Shown here: positions 12,542-25,038 of the stretch, one piece after another
Layout of the letters: each line of letters starts with the position of its first letter
How positions within the stretch are numbered: the first letter of the stretch is position 1
Source of the DNA: Toensbergia leucococca
Lineage: Eukaryota
NCBI GenBank assembly: GCA_022813965.1
Contig: JALDZS010000004.1
Location: 1-64,000 of the forward strand
Reading direction: 5' to 3'
DNA length: 64,000 nucleotides
The notes under the pieces: generated by a model
What the model saw: the letters and a program-made list of their open reading frames with translations, nothing else
Database searches by the model: none
What the model was told of the DNA's origin: nothing
Translations under genes and position numbers: made by a program

Positions 12542-13888
12542 CGTGTGATGGTGACTAGCGATTATAACGAGTAAGACTTCTCAGTCACCCTAGACGTGAG
12601 AAGACAGTCCCGACTATTTAGTAGCATGTCTTAGTGTTGGGCGCATGTATAAGAACTTCTCTTCCGAAGCCTGAGATAAGACAGCCTTGTAATGTTGCAA
12701 GGAACTGGGAGCTTGGTTGATCTCTTGGTGAATGCTGGGTGGGTGGCAACGGGTTCTCCGCTCTGAAGGCGCAAAATATGCATATGGGGAGAGGTCGTCT
12801 CGCTGTAGGTAAGGAATAATTCCTCTTGCTCGAAATCAACGGGGACTGTGAAGCATGTTTCCAGAGAGGGCGCCTGTTTGCGTTGGTCTCGGTTAGCAAA
12901 GCACTTTCTGTTTTGCCCGGGTTGTCATCACCTATGAAGTGATGATGACAATGGGGGATCTTGGTCGCCGCTTTCCCAAGACAGTCTGTGATACTCAATC
13001 CACGCAAGGCGTTTGATGTTTTCACATTACGGGGCAGACCAAAGTCTTTCCCTGTCCTTTGCCGCACAGAGCCATGGCCGAGGGGTAACATCATTGTTCC
13101 CATGGCCGAGGGACCTAGACTCATTTGGGACAAGTGAAACGCTGAAGAGGCTGAGCTCAAGCATCAGGCACGTGTCACCTGCCTCCCTGACCGACATCCA
13201 ACCTCGACAATAACATGGTAAATGTCCGTACCAATCGGAGATTCAAAGATAAGTCTTTGATTGATTGGGCTGTCGTCAGAAGTCTAATTGTACCTCTCTT
13301 CTCTCTTTTGACTTGAGACTCGCATTCGCTATGAAGATCTTGCCCACGGCTTTAATATGGACTTTTATGCAAACAGGGACTGGAGAGGACATTACAGTTT
13401 TATAACAGAACAGAAAATATTGTACTGTGAGGAAGATGAATTAGCAACGGCTTTGATCATCTCACACTCTGTGCCTTTATCATGTCTTTTACAAGAATAT
13501 GGTTTGACATAAGAGAATAACACATGGAAATTTCTTAAACAATGAGTCAAATGGAAGGAGGACTGTAGTGTTTGCAATACGACGATGATACTAAGTATAC
13601 AGCGCGCGCTTTGATACCAATTCCTTGAAACTATGCGGTGTGTATGGCTCTTGACAGAGGTGGGGTCTTGAGATCTGTGGGTTGCCTCTAGCTATCGCAA
13701 TGTGAGAAGCCGCTGTGAATGAGCAAGAAGCACGATGTTGTTGGATTGAGACAATGTTGCAGGATAAGGCAGGTCCGATGTTATATCTGATAAAGTGTTG
13801 AGGCCATTCACTAAGCAACACCACTGATGTGACTGAGTATAAACATCTTTACCTACCACGACAATCCTGGACAGGTCCAGTACTCATC

Positions 13889-15817
13889 ATGCCTCGTGTT
13901 CGCCAACTTCCAAGCATCCAGCTCCGAGCCACCAAGGAACCGATGCGATATGATACAGAGGAGAGTTCAGATACAAAGCCAAGCTCTCCCAAGATCGCAA
14001 CTCATATCAGCCTTGTCCCAGTAATAATCTCTTCTTTACGATGGCTCTGGACCGTTTTGTATTCTCTTTACATATATTGGACTCTGCTTTCAGATATGCC
14101 AATCGACCTGTTTTATAGACTGCTCACAGCTAGCAATCATCAAGATGCGCCCCTGGGTAGGATTCCTGAATACATCAATGATTCCTCTTATTTGGGCCAG
14201 ATGTCCCTACATCCTGACCTACCTCTACTTGCATACGCATTTCCAAGGAGTTTCGAGATCGCCTTTTATAGCACTAAAGACTACCGATATCTATGGAAGA
14301 GTGAGATTACCCTGGAATATAAAGATGAAGAGTCTCGAAAACTTGTCCAGATTACCAAATTACAATTCTCAAAGGGGAATAAACTTGCAGTTGGCTTGAG
14401 TAATGGCAAGGTTTGTATTATAGGACAGGACCTGGTTTCAAGAATGGAATATTGCGGAGGGTCAGAAAAGGTACCAACAACATCCACATATCATTACATC
14501 AGACTACTTGCGATACATGATGCAAAGACTTGCGCAAAAACTCTAGGACGCATTACGAACCTTGTCTTCTCTCCTAACATAGCCCTTCAAGGCGAGGGGG
14601 CATGGTTGGCGATCACTACAGAGTATTCTGGAATCTGGATGTGGAATAAGTGGAATAATCTAGTTGTTCGCGTCGTCAACACTGGTGGGGTTGCAGAAGA
14701 ATGCTTGCACTGGATTGATCATAAGAGAAACACAGCAGACAATCACATGTCAGGAATTTCGAAAGCCACAGACTTGCGCAGATTTACTGGGAACGCCTGG
14801 CTCGAGACTAAACCCTCAAAGAAACAACAAGCTCAGAATTCGTCCGTTAGTCAGGGCAATGGAAGCCAAGTTGGGGACAGCCTTATCGTATTTGGAACAC
14901 GTGATGGTAAGATCAGAGTCCAAAGACTATGGCACTCCTACAGGATGATGCAGCTACAAGGATATCTTGAGTTCTCTCTTAGTATACTCGGCTACCCCAC
15001 GGCCGATGTCAATAACGGTTTAGCTGGAGGGATAAGCCATCTCTCACTCGTTCAAGCACAGCTTGAGGAACCTTGTGCGGCGCTTTCTCTACTGGCCGCG
15101 TTCGCAGATGAGGGCTCTTCCAAGATTCATCTGTTCACCGTCGCTCTAACACAGGGACCTTTGAGTAATGAGACCACTTTCCGGGAAGGCGGAGTGTTAC
15201 ATCTGTTGACTGTGCTTGGCACTTACGCAGACTCACTTCTACGTGTCAGTGCCAATGCTCTCCTGTTCGGAACTGACTACCGCTGGCCCCCGAGAGCTCC
15301 GGAAGGTGTTCTCTACCATCCCAAGCCCCAGCGATTAGAACTAGATTCTATCAGCGGCAAGTTCAAAGCAAGATTATTCTCAATGGCCTCGATTTCCGGC
15401 AGCGATCTTGTGCTCATGATACTCCATCCATCTACAATATATACCTTTGGTCCAGCAAAGTCACACCAATCGGTCCTCTACTCCTACAGCCATAGTCCTC
15501 AACCAGCGTTGCACCATGTCTGTGAAGTCGACCATTGTCAGAGATACAACCGGCAGCAAGCACTCGCACCCAAGGCTGCCGTCAGCAAAGGCTATTATTC
15601 AAGTATGCTTGAGATGGCGGGAGTCACCAATATGGAGGAGCCAAACTTGGACGCTGGAAGCGAAATGTTGGGACTGGCACACGTTGACGAGAGTGTCAAG
15701 TGCGGTCTGGTGGCGTGGAGCAAAAGGTATGGCAAGGATATTGGCGCTTTTGTTTATCAACCAATGAGAATGGGAGAGAATGACGGAATGGCGATTGCTC
15801 TATTCGAGGTAGTGTAG
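13889..15817 (+). CDS. Intronless WD40/beta-propeller-like protein, possibly Aladin-like
   Basis: 662-codon ORF (first ATG 13889) with degenerate WD-blade segments ITKLQFSKGNKLAVGLSNGKVCI, ITNLVFSP...WLAITTEYSGIWMW and LIVFGTRDGKIRV. Confidence 0.65.
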   Translation: MPRVRQLPSIQLRATKEPMRYDTEESSDTKPSSPKIATHISLVPVIISSLRWLWTVLYSLYIYWTLLSDMPIDLFYRLLTASNHQDAPLGRIPEYINDSSYLGQMSLHPDLPLLAYAFPRSFEIAFYSTKDYRYLWKSEITLEYKDEESRKLVQITKLQFSKGNKLAVGLSNGKVCIIGQDLVSRMEYCGGSEKVPTTSTYHYIRLLAIHDAKTCAKTLGRITNLVFSPNIALQGEGAWLAITTEYSGIWMWNKWNNLVVRVVNTGGVAEECLHWIDHKRNTADNHMSGISKATDLRRFTGNAWLETKPSKKQQAQNSSVSQGNGSQVGDSLIVFGTRDGKIRVQRLWHSYRMMQLQGYLEFSLSILGYPTADVNNGLAGGISHLSLVQAQLEEPCAALSLLAAFADEGSSKIHLFTVALTQGPLSNETTFREGGVLHLLTVLGTYADSLLRVSANALLFGTDYRWPPRAPEGVLYHPKPQRLELDSISGKFKARLFSMASISGSDLVLMILHPSTIYTFGPAKSHQSVLYSYSHSPQPALHHVCEVDHCQRYNRQQALAPKAAVSKGYYSSMLEMAGVTNMEEPNLDAGSEMLGLAHVDESVKCGLVAWSKRYGKDIGAFVYQPMRMGENDGMAIALFEVV

Positions 15818-16785
15818 CAAACAACGGGGCAAGGCTTCGCAATTCTATATCAGAAGCCGTAACGCACTCTGTTCTTCAACGGCTGGAAATTGCATAGCAC
15901 GCCATTCTGAGTGTAGACTAAAGTATCTAGTGTTTAGAGCTTTTGTGATAGGTACTCTATTCACAATAAAACTTTGACAATGGTGCGACATAAATTAACG
16001 ATTTCCAACTTGTGAAACGAACAAAATATTCCTAAGACGATACCGGCAAAAATCCTATATCACCAGGACTTCTCTCCAAGGGCCCCACTTCAAGAGCAGA
16101 CCAAAAACAAGTGAGAATATCAGCCATGGGACAGCAGACAGAGTTCTACCTTCTGCCAGTCGTATTGTGCAGTCCCAAATGCCAAGTCATGTCTATGACG
16201 CATCGTTGGCGACTTATCGTTGCCTGGTCTCTGCTACACCCAAGGACCCGGGGCTTCTCTAATGTGACCAAAGGCATCGAGTTCCATGTAGTCCTCTATC
16301 CTTCAAATGTCGTTCATAGAACTGCGCGGTATCAAGTTTGAGGACTACCACTTCCACGAAAATCAACCTCTCACAAGGCGCAACACCTGCCCTTGATTCA
16401 CTGCTCATAGACCCGCAGGCTAGGTACCTAGGATCTGGAGAAGATGAAATTTGGCTTCTTCCACCTCATGTATCCGATTGTCTGCATGCTGGTGGGCTCT
16501 TGTCACGCTATTAAGACACGAGAAAGAGCAATGTGAGAGAGACCAGCGTGAGATGAGACGATGTATGGTAATCATGCTAGTGAGCTCTTGTCCTCTTGGT
16601 CATACCTAATTTCTCCATCCAGATCTTTCATATCTTACTCCTCCGACAACTGAAAGCACCTACCGTTTTAAGCCATTCGAAGGCAAAGTCCTACATCTAT
16701 GCTAAGATCATTCAATCGTACCACTTTGTGTAATCGTAGGTTCTGTCAGGCTTACAATCATAAAGCTGGTTGATACTCATTTTGG

Positions 16786-19184
16786 CTAGAGGTTTGCTGG
16801 AATATTATCTCTTCGGAAACGAAGGATGTCGTCGCGATTAATGCCATTTATTTGGTGGCCGGTGTGCCAATTCGTTATACCACCTGTCCATCTTTCAACT
16901 GCTGTCAAAATGGGAGCATCACCCTGGCTATCCGTCACAGTCCAGAGAGCGTTGAGTGCTATCTGCATCATTCCCCATTGAGATACATAATTGTCGTTCC
17001 AATCGGTCAATGGCGGCAATCGTGTCGTAAGCTCAGCGAAGTGCGTACGCGTTGCCGCAAGGGCGTCTTGTAGGGCCACCATTTCCTCTTGCGTTGATGG
17101 CCAGGCAACAGTGGAGTCTTCTGGGTCGATATCCTCGCTTTCAGAATCTCCGTTCTCAGAATCCCCGCTCTCAGGACCCTCGCTTTCAGAATCCTCCTGA
17201 GGCGGATTGCTGACTGGAATTACAATTCCTTGATCGCCTCCCTCAATCTCATACTGCTGCGCCTGTGCCTCCTGATGTCCTGGGTAATAGGCCTCTGTAA
17301 GCCCTAGCTTTTTGCTGGCATTCAATTTGGCAGCATCAGCACCGTTTTCGGGTCTCAAGGTCTGATAGGGGATCCGACGGCTAGCTTCCACCGGGGACCC
17401 CTCTCTGATTCTCTCAATTTGACGCACTCTTCCATGGTTGCAGGACTAAGTCTTGGTTCAGCAAGGCATCTAAGAATTTGGGGAGATTCGCTTGCCGTTT
17501 CGCTTCTCCCACTGCGTTCGAACTCGTAATCTCTAAATTCAAGGTCGCAACTGTTTTGTCTTCTTGAATGTCGTGTAGGTGGCTTAGCATCAGAGACCTT
17601 GACTCGTTTTGAAGTGATAGGTCCTAGTGTAGTATTTCCTATACGCGTCGTCCTGGCTTCATCTTCATCTGAGAGGGCTTCTATAAATTTTCTCTTCTGC
17701 CTTCTCTGCGCTAAAACAGCTGTATCTTTATCTCGCTGCTCAGCGTCATGTTTGGATCTAAGCTCCTTAGCCTTGTGCCGTTGTTTTTGCTGATTTGCTT
17801 GACGTGTCTCTGTCGTTGTTCCCTTCCTCTGACCAGCGCGCTCTGAAAACTTTCCAAGATTCTTGTTCTGCAGTTCAGCGAGCTCGTAGTCAAAGAGGTC
17901 TCGGAAATCTTCCGTTGAATTCAACGCCTTGCACGCTGCTGGCAGGAGATTTTCTATATAGGAGTTTCTGGTTTCAGTTCCCGCTCTGTTGTTCCATGAG
18001 ATACACGCAGCTTTCTCCCTGAATCGCCTTCTCCTCTGCGACAAAACATTCGGAGTAGGTGCGGGCACATGTTTGTTGCCTTTGAGGATAGTTCTGGGCA
18101 TACGAGCCCTGAAATCCTTGTGCAGGATTCTACTGTCCTCTCGCCCCATAGCCTCCATAAAGCAGCCTTCCAGCTTAGATGAAAGTGCGTCAGGAATGTT
18201 TTGAAATCGGCGGACGGCGTGATTGTCAATGTCGATGACAAGTCGCCCTTCATGAAACCAAAGAGGAATCGCATTATCGGGATATGTCGGATCCTTGCGA
18301 TTTCCTCTCTTGTACTCAAATACAATGCTTGGACGATCGGGCCTTGCTAATCCCCAATTTTTCTGTGGTGGGAAGAAGCTTGTGACATCGTTTGCTTCGT
18401 CGCCCGCCTCTCTAGTGAAATCTATTACAATCAGCGCTGGCAGACTCCTAAGAGGAAGATACTCGTCACCGTAGCTGCCATTATGGCTCGCAGCGAGAAT
18501 GAGAGCGCCTCGAATTTCGCTATGGTATATCGCAGGCTCTGGCCTCAAGTCAGTCCACGTACATCTCATACTAAGGGGAGTCTTTATCAAGACACTCACT
18601 CCATTCCGCATCATCACTCTCGCGATGATACATGTCAGTCTTTCCATACAGAACTTGCCCTTTAGGATGTCCATCAATATCTAGTCCATCGTCTGAGACT
18701 TGCCTTTCAGACTTATGCGGTACTTGCTTTGGGTCTGAATTTCATTCTTAATTAGCGATTTCTCGCACGAGACCTTTCAACACTTGTGCGTACCTTCGTT
18801 GTCAGAAACGTTATCCAAAGCTAGTGTGGAATTGTTGCCAGAATGCCCTACGGGTGATGTTAGGTACTTGCAACCTGGAAGGAGTAATCATTTCTCTTAG
18901 TTCTTACAGATGTTTTGTCCTTGAAAATGCCCTTGGTGTTCCGAGATATGTTCATCTTCATTTGCAAACTGTGGCCGGACGAATTCGCTCTCATGTAAGA
19001 TTAATCCTGCATGAAGTTGGCTCGCATGATTTGAGTAGTCCAAGTTAGGCGTGGGTGAGCTCCTTGGGATAGATTCCGGCCTTATGACTCGACCTTTACC
19101 TTCATCTTGCGTGGAGGCACTTCGAGGTGGTGAGTTTGACGTAAGGGCTCGACCCTTCCTCTGGTTCTGAAAAGACATCTTCAT
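16786..19184 (-). CDS. Multi-exon hypothetical protein with an apparent frameshift near 17355-17445 (or two genes / pseudogene)
   Basis: Canonical small introns join exons from ATG ~19184 into ORF 17355..18677 (core IPDALSSKLEGCFMEAM...DFRARMP). The overlapping ORF 16786..17427 continues in another frame. Confidence 0.55.
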
Positions 19185-21786
19185 AAAACCTAGAGGTATA
19201 TCTAGCGACAGATGGAGATAAGTTGCCCTAGTCTGTGGGACTCTCGATGAGAGAGCGAAAGACCAATTGAATGAAAGGGTTATGTGCATATAACCAATTT
19301 CATCCAGAAATTTTCCAAGGAACTTCAAGAGCTGAAGGGTGGATCAGTCTTCGATGGTGAAATGTCATCCGCTTCAAAAAGGCTGTGGTGGAAACATCCA
19401 ACGCGAAGGAGTAAAGTAGATGTGTTGGGACGAAAAGACATACACAAAGACGAATGTGTTCCAAGAGTGTGAATAACTTCATATTCACTTGCGCCGCTGA
19501 GGCCAGCTTTAGAACCGTGAGTGTTAGGCTTCAAGTGTTGAAATCCTCTCCTCTCCAGATCTTGAGTTTCAGTGAATTGATCAAGATATCCGAATTATCA
19601 CTTCGATTGTCCTATCCGCAGGAAGAGTATATAAGATCTAGACTTTCGTATGTATTTGAAGCGGCTACCATGATCCGATTTGGAGAATCCCCTTTGATAC
19701 GGATATCTTTCATGTTTGTTTTCCGTTTGGCAAGGTTTTCTGCTGTCAAGATCATTGATTTGGCTAACTTGAGGTTTACACGAGAAGACTTCCTACTCTT
19801 TTGTCAAAAGATATGTAAAAGTACACATCCCGGATGCAAATGGAACAGCGAAGAATCCCAAATGAGTGTACCTACAAGAAGAAGAAGCTGCGTCACCAAT
19901 ATTCTAGACGAGGAGAATGAGAACGAACACCTTTTGGATCGAATAGAGGTAAAGCATCTCAGACCATTGTCTCCTTGAATTGATGGTCCTCCACCAATCT
20001 AGCAATCTGTGTTGCAGGCTATGAAGAGGACGCAAGAAGAAGGAACTCAGTTACTGGCAAGCAGAGAGCCACCGGCGTCTCACGCCAGCGCCGTCAGGTT
20101 AAGGATTCGATCAACTGCTACATCGTCAATTCAGTACACACAATATGGAAGTCAGTGCTCTTACCTCAAATCTACTCAACGGACCCTTTTAATCTTCAAC
20201 GATATCACATCCAGTACTGTCCCACGAAGCATATATATCTATATATATGTTATTGTGGTTCAGGGAATCGAGGTGTCTAGCACAAGATAATCCTGCGGTT
20301 TATCTGCTTGGTGCCACTGCTGATGGGCCATCTGGCGCCCCTTCTCTTCATATAGGAACCCTCAGGGCCGGGCTCAAAGCCACAATGCTTCCTGAGAGTC
20401 ACGCAGCAACAGATGAGCAAATTATGCCCTTGAGAGGCTGATAGTATATTTCAGGATGCTACTAACCGTGAATGTCTCGCATACCATCAGTGCTGATTCA
20501 CCATCTCGGAACGAAAGCTCAAGCCGTGAAGGTTGTGACTCATAGATGAAGACCTCTATTTCTTTGATGGAAAAAAATGCTAAATTCAAGCTGTGAGGTT
20601 CAGTCACTCTTAGCTCCAGAAAAAATTGGAATGGTTCACTTTCATGAAAAATTCAAGAAAGCTAACGAGAGCTCTTTCGAGAGCATTGGGGTACATTTGA
20701 CCGCAGACAAGAAAAATTTCCAAGAGCCTGAACTTCAAAGGCTACGACGACGACAAGCACGCTCTGTCCCGCTCTGACAAAGCCGCTCTCCTCAGTGGTG
20801 CCTATTGCAAAGATTGAAGAAATCGTGACCCCTCAAATGGATACGGAGTTGTTTTGGAGGTAGGTGAAGAAAAGAGATAATAGGGTGGTTGCGATGGTCC
20901 AGGAGGTCAAAATTCTCATTCACTAGTAAACAACAAGACAAACCATGGATTGTTACTCCCATCCACGCAACACAAACACAATTCCCCCCATCCACACCAT
21001 ACCGCTCTATTTCCCTCTCATCATAATCATTACTCCGAGAAGCCCACAGCCAGCCATATTTTCCCGCTGATCTGATAATCGTCATTAGTACCAAGGCGTT
21101 CCAACCCAAGTTTTTTTGTCAAGTCGGGTTGATAACGGGTCCTGTTGACATGCCTTTACCAACTCCCTCCGTACCAAAAAGCGATAGAAAAGAAGGCGAG
21201 GGGAGAGGAAGTTCTATAAAATCAAGACTCTGTGATAACCTACTCACCCAACATATTTACAACAAGTCTTTTTGTTCTTGACACACCCGCACCCTTCACT
21301 CCGTCCTCTCTTTTTGAAGCCTTCTTGTGGAAAAAAAGACACAAAAAAATCTTTCACAGCTCACACTTCATTTAACTCAATCTTTGCTCTTTCTTCTCTT
21401 GGAATATTTTCTCTCATTCCTTCACCTTTTCCCCAATTTTTTTTTAATTCTCTCCGATTGAGTTTTAACAAACAAAAACTTTCTAGGTTCTCTATGGCCA
21501 TGGAAGGCGGGGGGATGTTCGGGCATCTTTCAGTTCTTGGCCCCGCTTGATTGTTAGAGATGGTAACGGATGGCTAGGTTCCCTTGAGCTAGCTAATATC
21601 TATGAATTTTCTTCTTCACTGAAGTCATCACTTCTTCTTCATCGGAATTGACTCTGTACCGACGGGGGATTTCCCTAATCATTCACTTTTCTAATCTCTG
21701 TGTCTACAGACAAGAAGAGAAAGTGAGAACATCTTCGGTATATGGTTGGATTCGCCATTGGGTTGAGCAAGAGGGCAGGAGGCAGG

Positions 21787-21862
21787 CATGCGGTGCAATG
21801 TGAAACCCGGAAATTTTAGGCGATTCCTCACCTAGGAATTCCGACTTTCACTTTGCGCCGTG
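21787..21862. repeat. ~75-bp imperfect fold-back (hairpin) flanked by GAGGCAGG direct repeats
   Basis: Arms 21790-21823 and 21828-21861 pair at 25 Watson-Crick plus 4 G-T positions of 34, with a TTCC loop. GAGGCAGG occurs at 21779-21786 and 21862-21869. Confidence 0.6.
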
Positions 21863-21890
21863 AGGCAGGGAGGCGTGGCAGCTACTCGTA

Positions 21891-22062
21891 GAAGGGTTCA
21901 CCCCCCAACCGGCCAAACCCGAGCCCCCCAACCGGCCAGCCTTATATGGCTAGACCAGAAATCTTTCTTTTTTACCGCCTAGCGCCGCTTTAGTGAAAAT
22001 TTGCGGGTCAGCCCTATAAGTGGCCGGTTGAGGGGTTTGGCCGGTTGGGGGGTGAACCCTTC
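21891..22062. mobile_element. MITE (172 bp), Tc1/mariner-pogo type
   Basis: Perfect 33-bp inverted repeat 21888-21920 / 22033-22065 (GTAGAAGGGTTCACCCCCCAACCGGCCAAACCC). TA on both sides (21889-90, 22063-64). Second internal CAACCGGCCA copy in each arm. Non-coding interior. Confidence 0.88.
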
Positions 22063-22627
22063 TACTGCCAGCAGTCGCCCTCAAGTTATTCCTACTCCGT
22101 ACCCCGTGCCCGTCCATCCTCTTTCTTCCCCCGGCAGTCTTCAGATCTAATGACTGCAAATGAAGTTGTTCCTTGGTCTTTCATTTCGTTTCTTACTGTG
22201 TAGATATTGTCTCTGACAAGTGCTTAGTGGTATGATCAAGAATTTTCAAAGATGCGCGATGTGGGGAAACCGCTTGTGCAAGTGGATTCATTGCCAGAGA
22301 GATAAAGGATGGCCAGTGTGTGAAATGCAACGCTCATTTGGTATCATCTTTGCCAGATTGTACCATACAACTAGGGTGTACTCAGAGTATGGCGGTGATG
22401 CTGGAGCGCAGGCGCCTGAGAATGAGACTATGGGGGAGACGGTAGCGGGGGAGGAGACGCCTTTGTCGTGGAGTACCGCTGGAAAGGGGTGATATGTATG
22501 GCATGGATCAAGGAAGTTAGGAATTTTCACATCGATCGCCATTAGTCAAAATCCGCGAGAAAATTCATTCTTCACCCCCTCCTCCCTTTTACTCACCCTC
22601 ACCCCCCTCAATTAACCACCCAGCTCA

Positions 22628-23696
22628 TCACTCATACTTCTCCTCTATTCCGGGCTCATAGATCATTCCCCAAAGCCTCATCCCCTCCCCTCCCTCCACC
22701 GGCTCCCCTCTCCCATTCGCGCTCCCCACACACACAAGCACCATCTCCCCAACCCGAAACCCATAATGAGCATACACATCCCGCGCATGCTCATTCGTCG
22801 CTTCCAGCCATGCGGGAAAGCCCGATTCCTTTGCTTTGAGAAGAAAAGGCGTCACGAGCGCGCGGATGAGACCTGTGTATGTCAGTCAGAATACCATGAG
22901 AAGGGGTTAGGGAAGTAGGCGGGGTTTGTGAACGGAGCGAAGGAGGGAGAAGAGGAAAGCTTCACCGGGAACTGGCGGTTTGTCTGGATCACGGCCGATG
23001 ATCGAGAGGTACCAGTATTGGCGCAAACCCAGATGGCGCGCTTTGAGGGCTTGGGTTTTGGAGATGTAGTCCTGGAGGGCAGGGCGGATGGTGGTGCCGC
23101 CGGTGGAGGCGAGAGATTTGGGGGCCATGGGAGGCATCCTGAACTTGTCAGATGACAAGAGTGATGCTGCGAAGAAATGACCGCTGGCAATCGACGGTCT
23201 TTGATCACCAACAAAGCCCCTGATTTACTTTTCTAGTCTCAGAGACTGATCCCCCAAAAAAAATCAATATAGAAAAAAGAACCACACCCCCTTCACTGCA
23301 AAAACAATATTCACCCCAAATCCTCCAACAAGAGAATATAGATAAGAATCAGGCAAATAAAAAAGCGCCTTTCCCCCTTCCCCCCAAAATAGATCAGGAG
23401 TTCCCGCACAAATGACAAACTCACCACAAAGCCCCCGCCCCCCATCGCCCAGCCTCCACTATCTGGCCCCCGCCCTCAACCCCGCGTTGCAAAAGCGCCT
23501 TGAAATGCTCCGTCCGCCGCTGGTGCGAGATCGGTACTCCGGGGCCCAGGCCATCGTTTTCGGAGATGAAGCGGCGCGTGAAGGGATCTGAGACGAAGGC
23601 TGAGGCGGCGAGGGCGGTGAAATAGCCTAGGGTGATGGGGGTGAGGGGGTGGAGGGTGGTTTGAGGAAGAGATGGTGTGGGGCTCGGTAGGGACAT
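22628..23696 (-). CDS. GNAT-family N-acetyltransferase
   Basis: Three exons splice in frame: ...AFVSDPF...GAGALW|MPP...YWYLSIIGRDP...PG|LIRALVTPFL...PAWLEATNEHARDVYAHYGF. Confidence 0.88.
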
Positions 23697-24266
23697 GGGT
23701 TGGTTGAGGGAGGGAAGGGAAGGGAAATTTTGGGGGAAAAGGGTTCGCGATTCCCTCAGGGTTGTTTTAGATTAAATTGAGGAATTCTCTCCGTGCCAAT
23801 AGAGATTTTGATAAATTCCAGTCTCCAGCATAGATGGATGGCGAAATGGCGCAGCTGAATCAACCGTACTGGTCACGAATGCTGAGCAGCCGCCATGAAA
23901 TTCAATTGTGACAGAATTTGCATAGGTGTAAGGGTGCGAAGCGAAAATCATATTATACCCCTAGACCAAATGCCCGATGATCATTTACCAAACAGATGGT
24001 CCAAAATGTGCTCATTTGATTTTGCTATGCAGAGTCGTCCATGGAATGCCTACTTCAAGAGTGGCTGTCAGTATTCAGAAATATAGTGAGAACGAGTCTG
24101 GGCTTTCGCAAGCAGGCGCTGCCAACCGTGCGAAAACTCTTCGCAATTAACATAGATTCAATATAATGAAATACCCAATCCATCGTCTTGTCACTTTCAG
24201 GAAACATAGTAAAATGTCTATTATAATAATGATTCTGCTAGATTTTCCTTCACTTAGTGTTCATGA

Positions 24267-25038
24267 TCAATTTCGTGGCAATTCGACGCACACGGGATTT
24301 TTTTTCCACGTGCCTAGCTGATTCCCCTTTTTCAGCAACCAGTCCTCCCAATCTTGATCATTCTTAGCCATTCCCACCCCAAGCTCCCACCAAACGTTTG
24401 GATCTGGCTTCTCTTCGCCATACGCGATATGATCGTCTTCCTCGATCAAATACCCTTTTCCCGTCGTTGCAGCTTTTTTCGCCGTCTGTAGGCATCCAAA
24501 TAACTCGATAGTCGAACTCTCTCCAGATGATGTGCGCCTGGGGCGGTCAAATCTCACGCAGAGCAGTTTGTGATGACTCAAAGTGGCATGTTCGTAACCT
24601 CTCTCTCCTGGTTGTCGGGTCCAATAGGCAGTGGCCTCGATATCCTGCCCGGGACTTTGCAAGGTAAAAGTATAATGATCACCATTGCCCTTGAGATCAC
24701 GAACTCTGCCCTCTATGGGGAAAACTGGGCCATATCCGTAGCGGAAGAACCCGACGGTAGTATTGAATTGTCTTCTAGTTCCGTCTTGACGAAATTTGAT
24801 GCCTCCTTGATCGCTGTGGATTGGACCCCTACCAGTTTCATAGACCCAGCGAAACATGCCGAGCATGTCGCGAAGAGCAACTTTTTCGGGCGCTTTTTCC
24901 TAGGCAAGGCAAAGAATTAGACTCTTGTCTTTTCGTCATATTGGGTTGGGGACAGGGGTGAATTACCGCGCCGCGCTGAAAATCTCCACTCGCGGTTACC
25001 CATTTCATGCAACTTCGATCCTCCTCCGGTTTTGCCAT
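24267..25038 (-). CDS. Hypothetical (orphan) protein, 2 exons
   Basis: ATG 25038 MAKPEEDRSCMKWVTASGDFQRGA, then a GTAATT...CTAAT...CCTAG intron, then in-frame EKAPEKVALRDMLGMFRW... into ORF 24267..24866. Confidence 0.65.

Noticed and set aside
12618..13160. 180-aa ORF upstream of the cNMP-F-box gene
   Set aside because: TTG start and no recognisable motif; probably promoter/5' UTR sequence.
19454..19978. 174-aa plus-strand ORF
   Set aside because: GTG start and no domain or splice support; likely a chance ORF.
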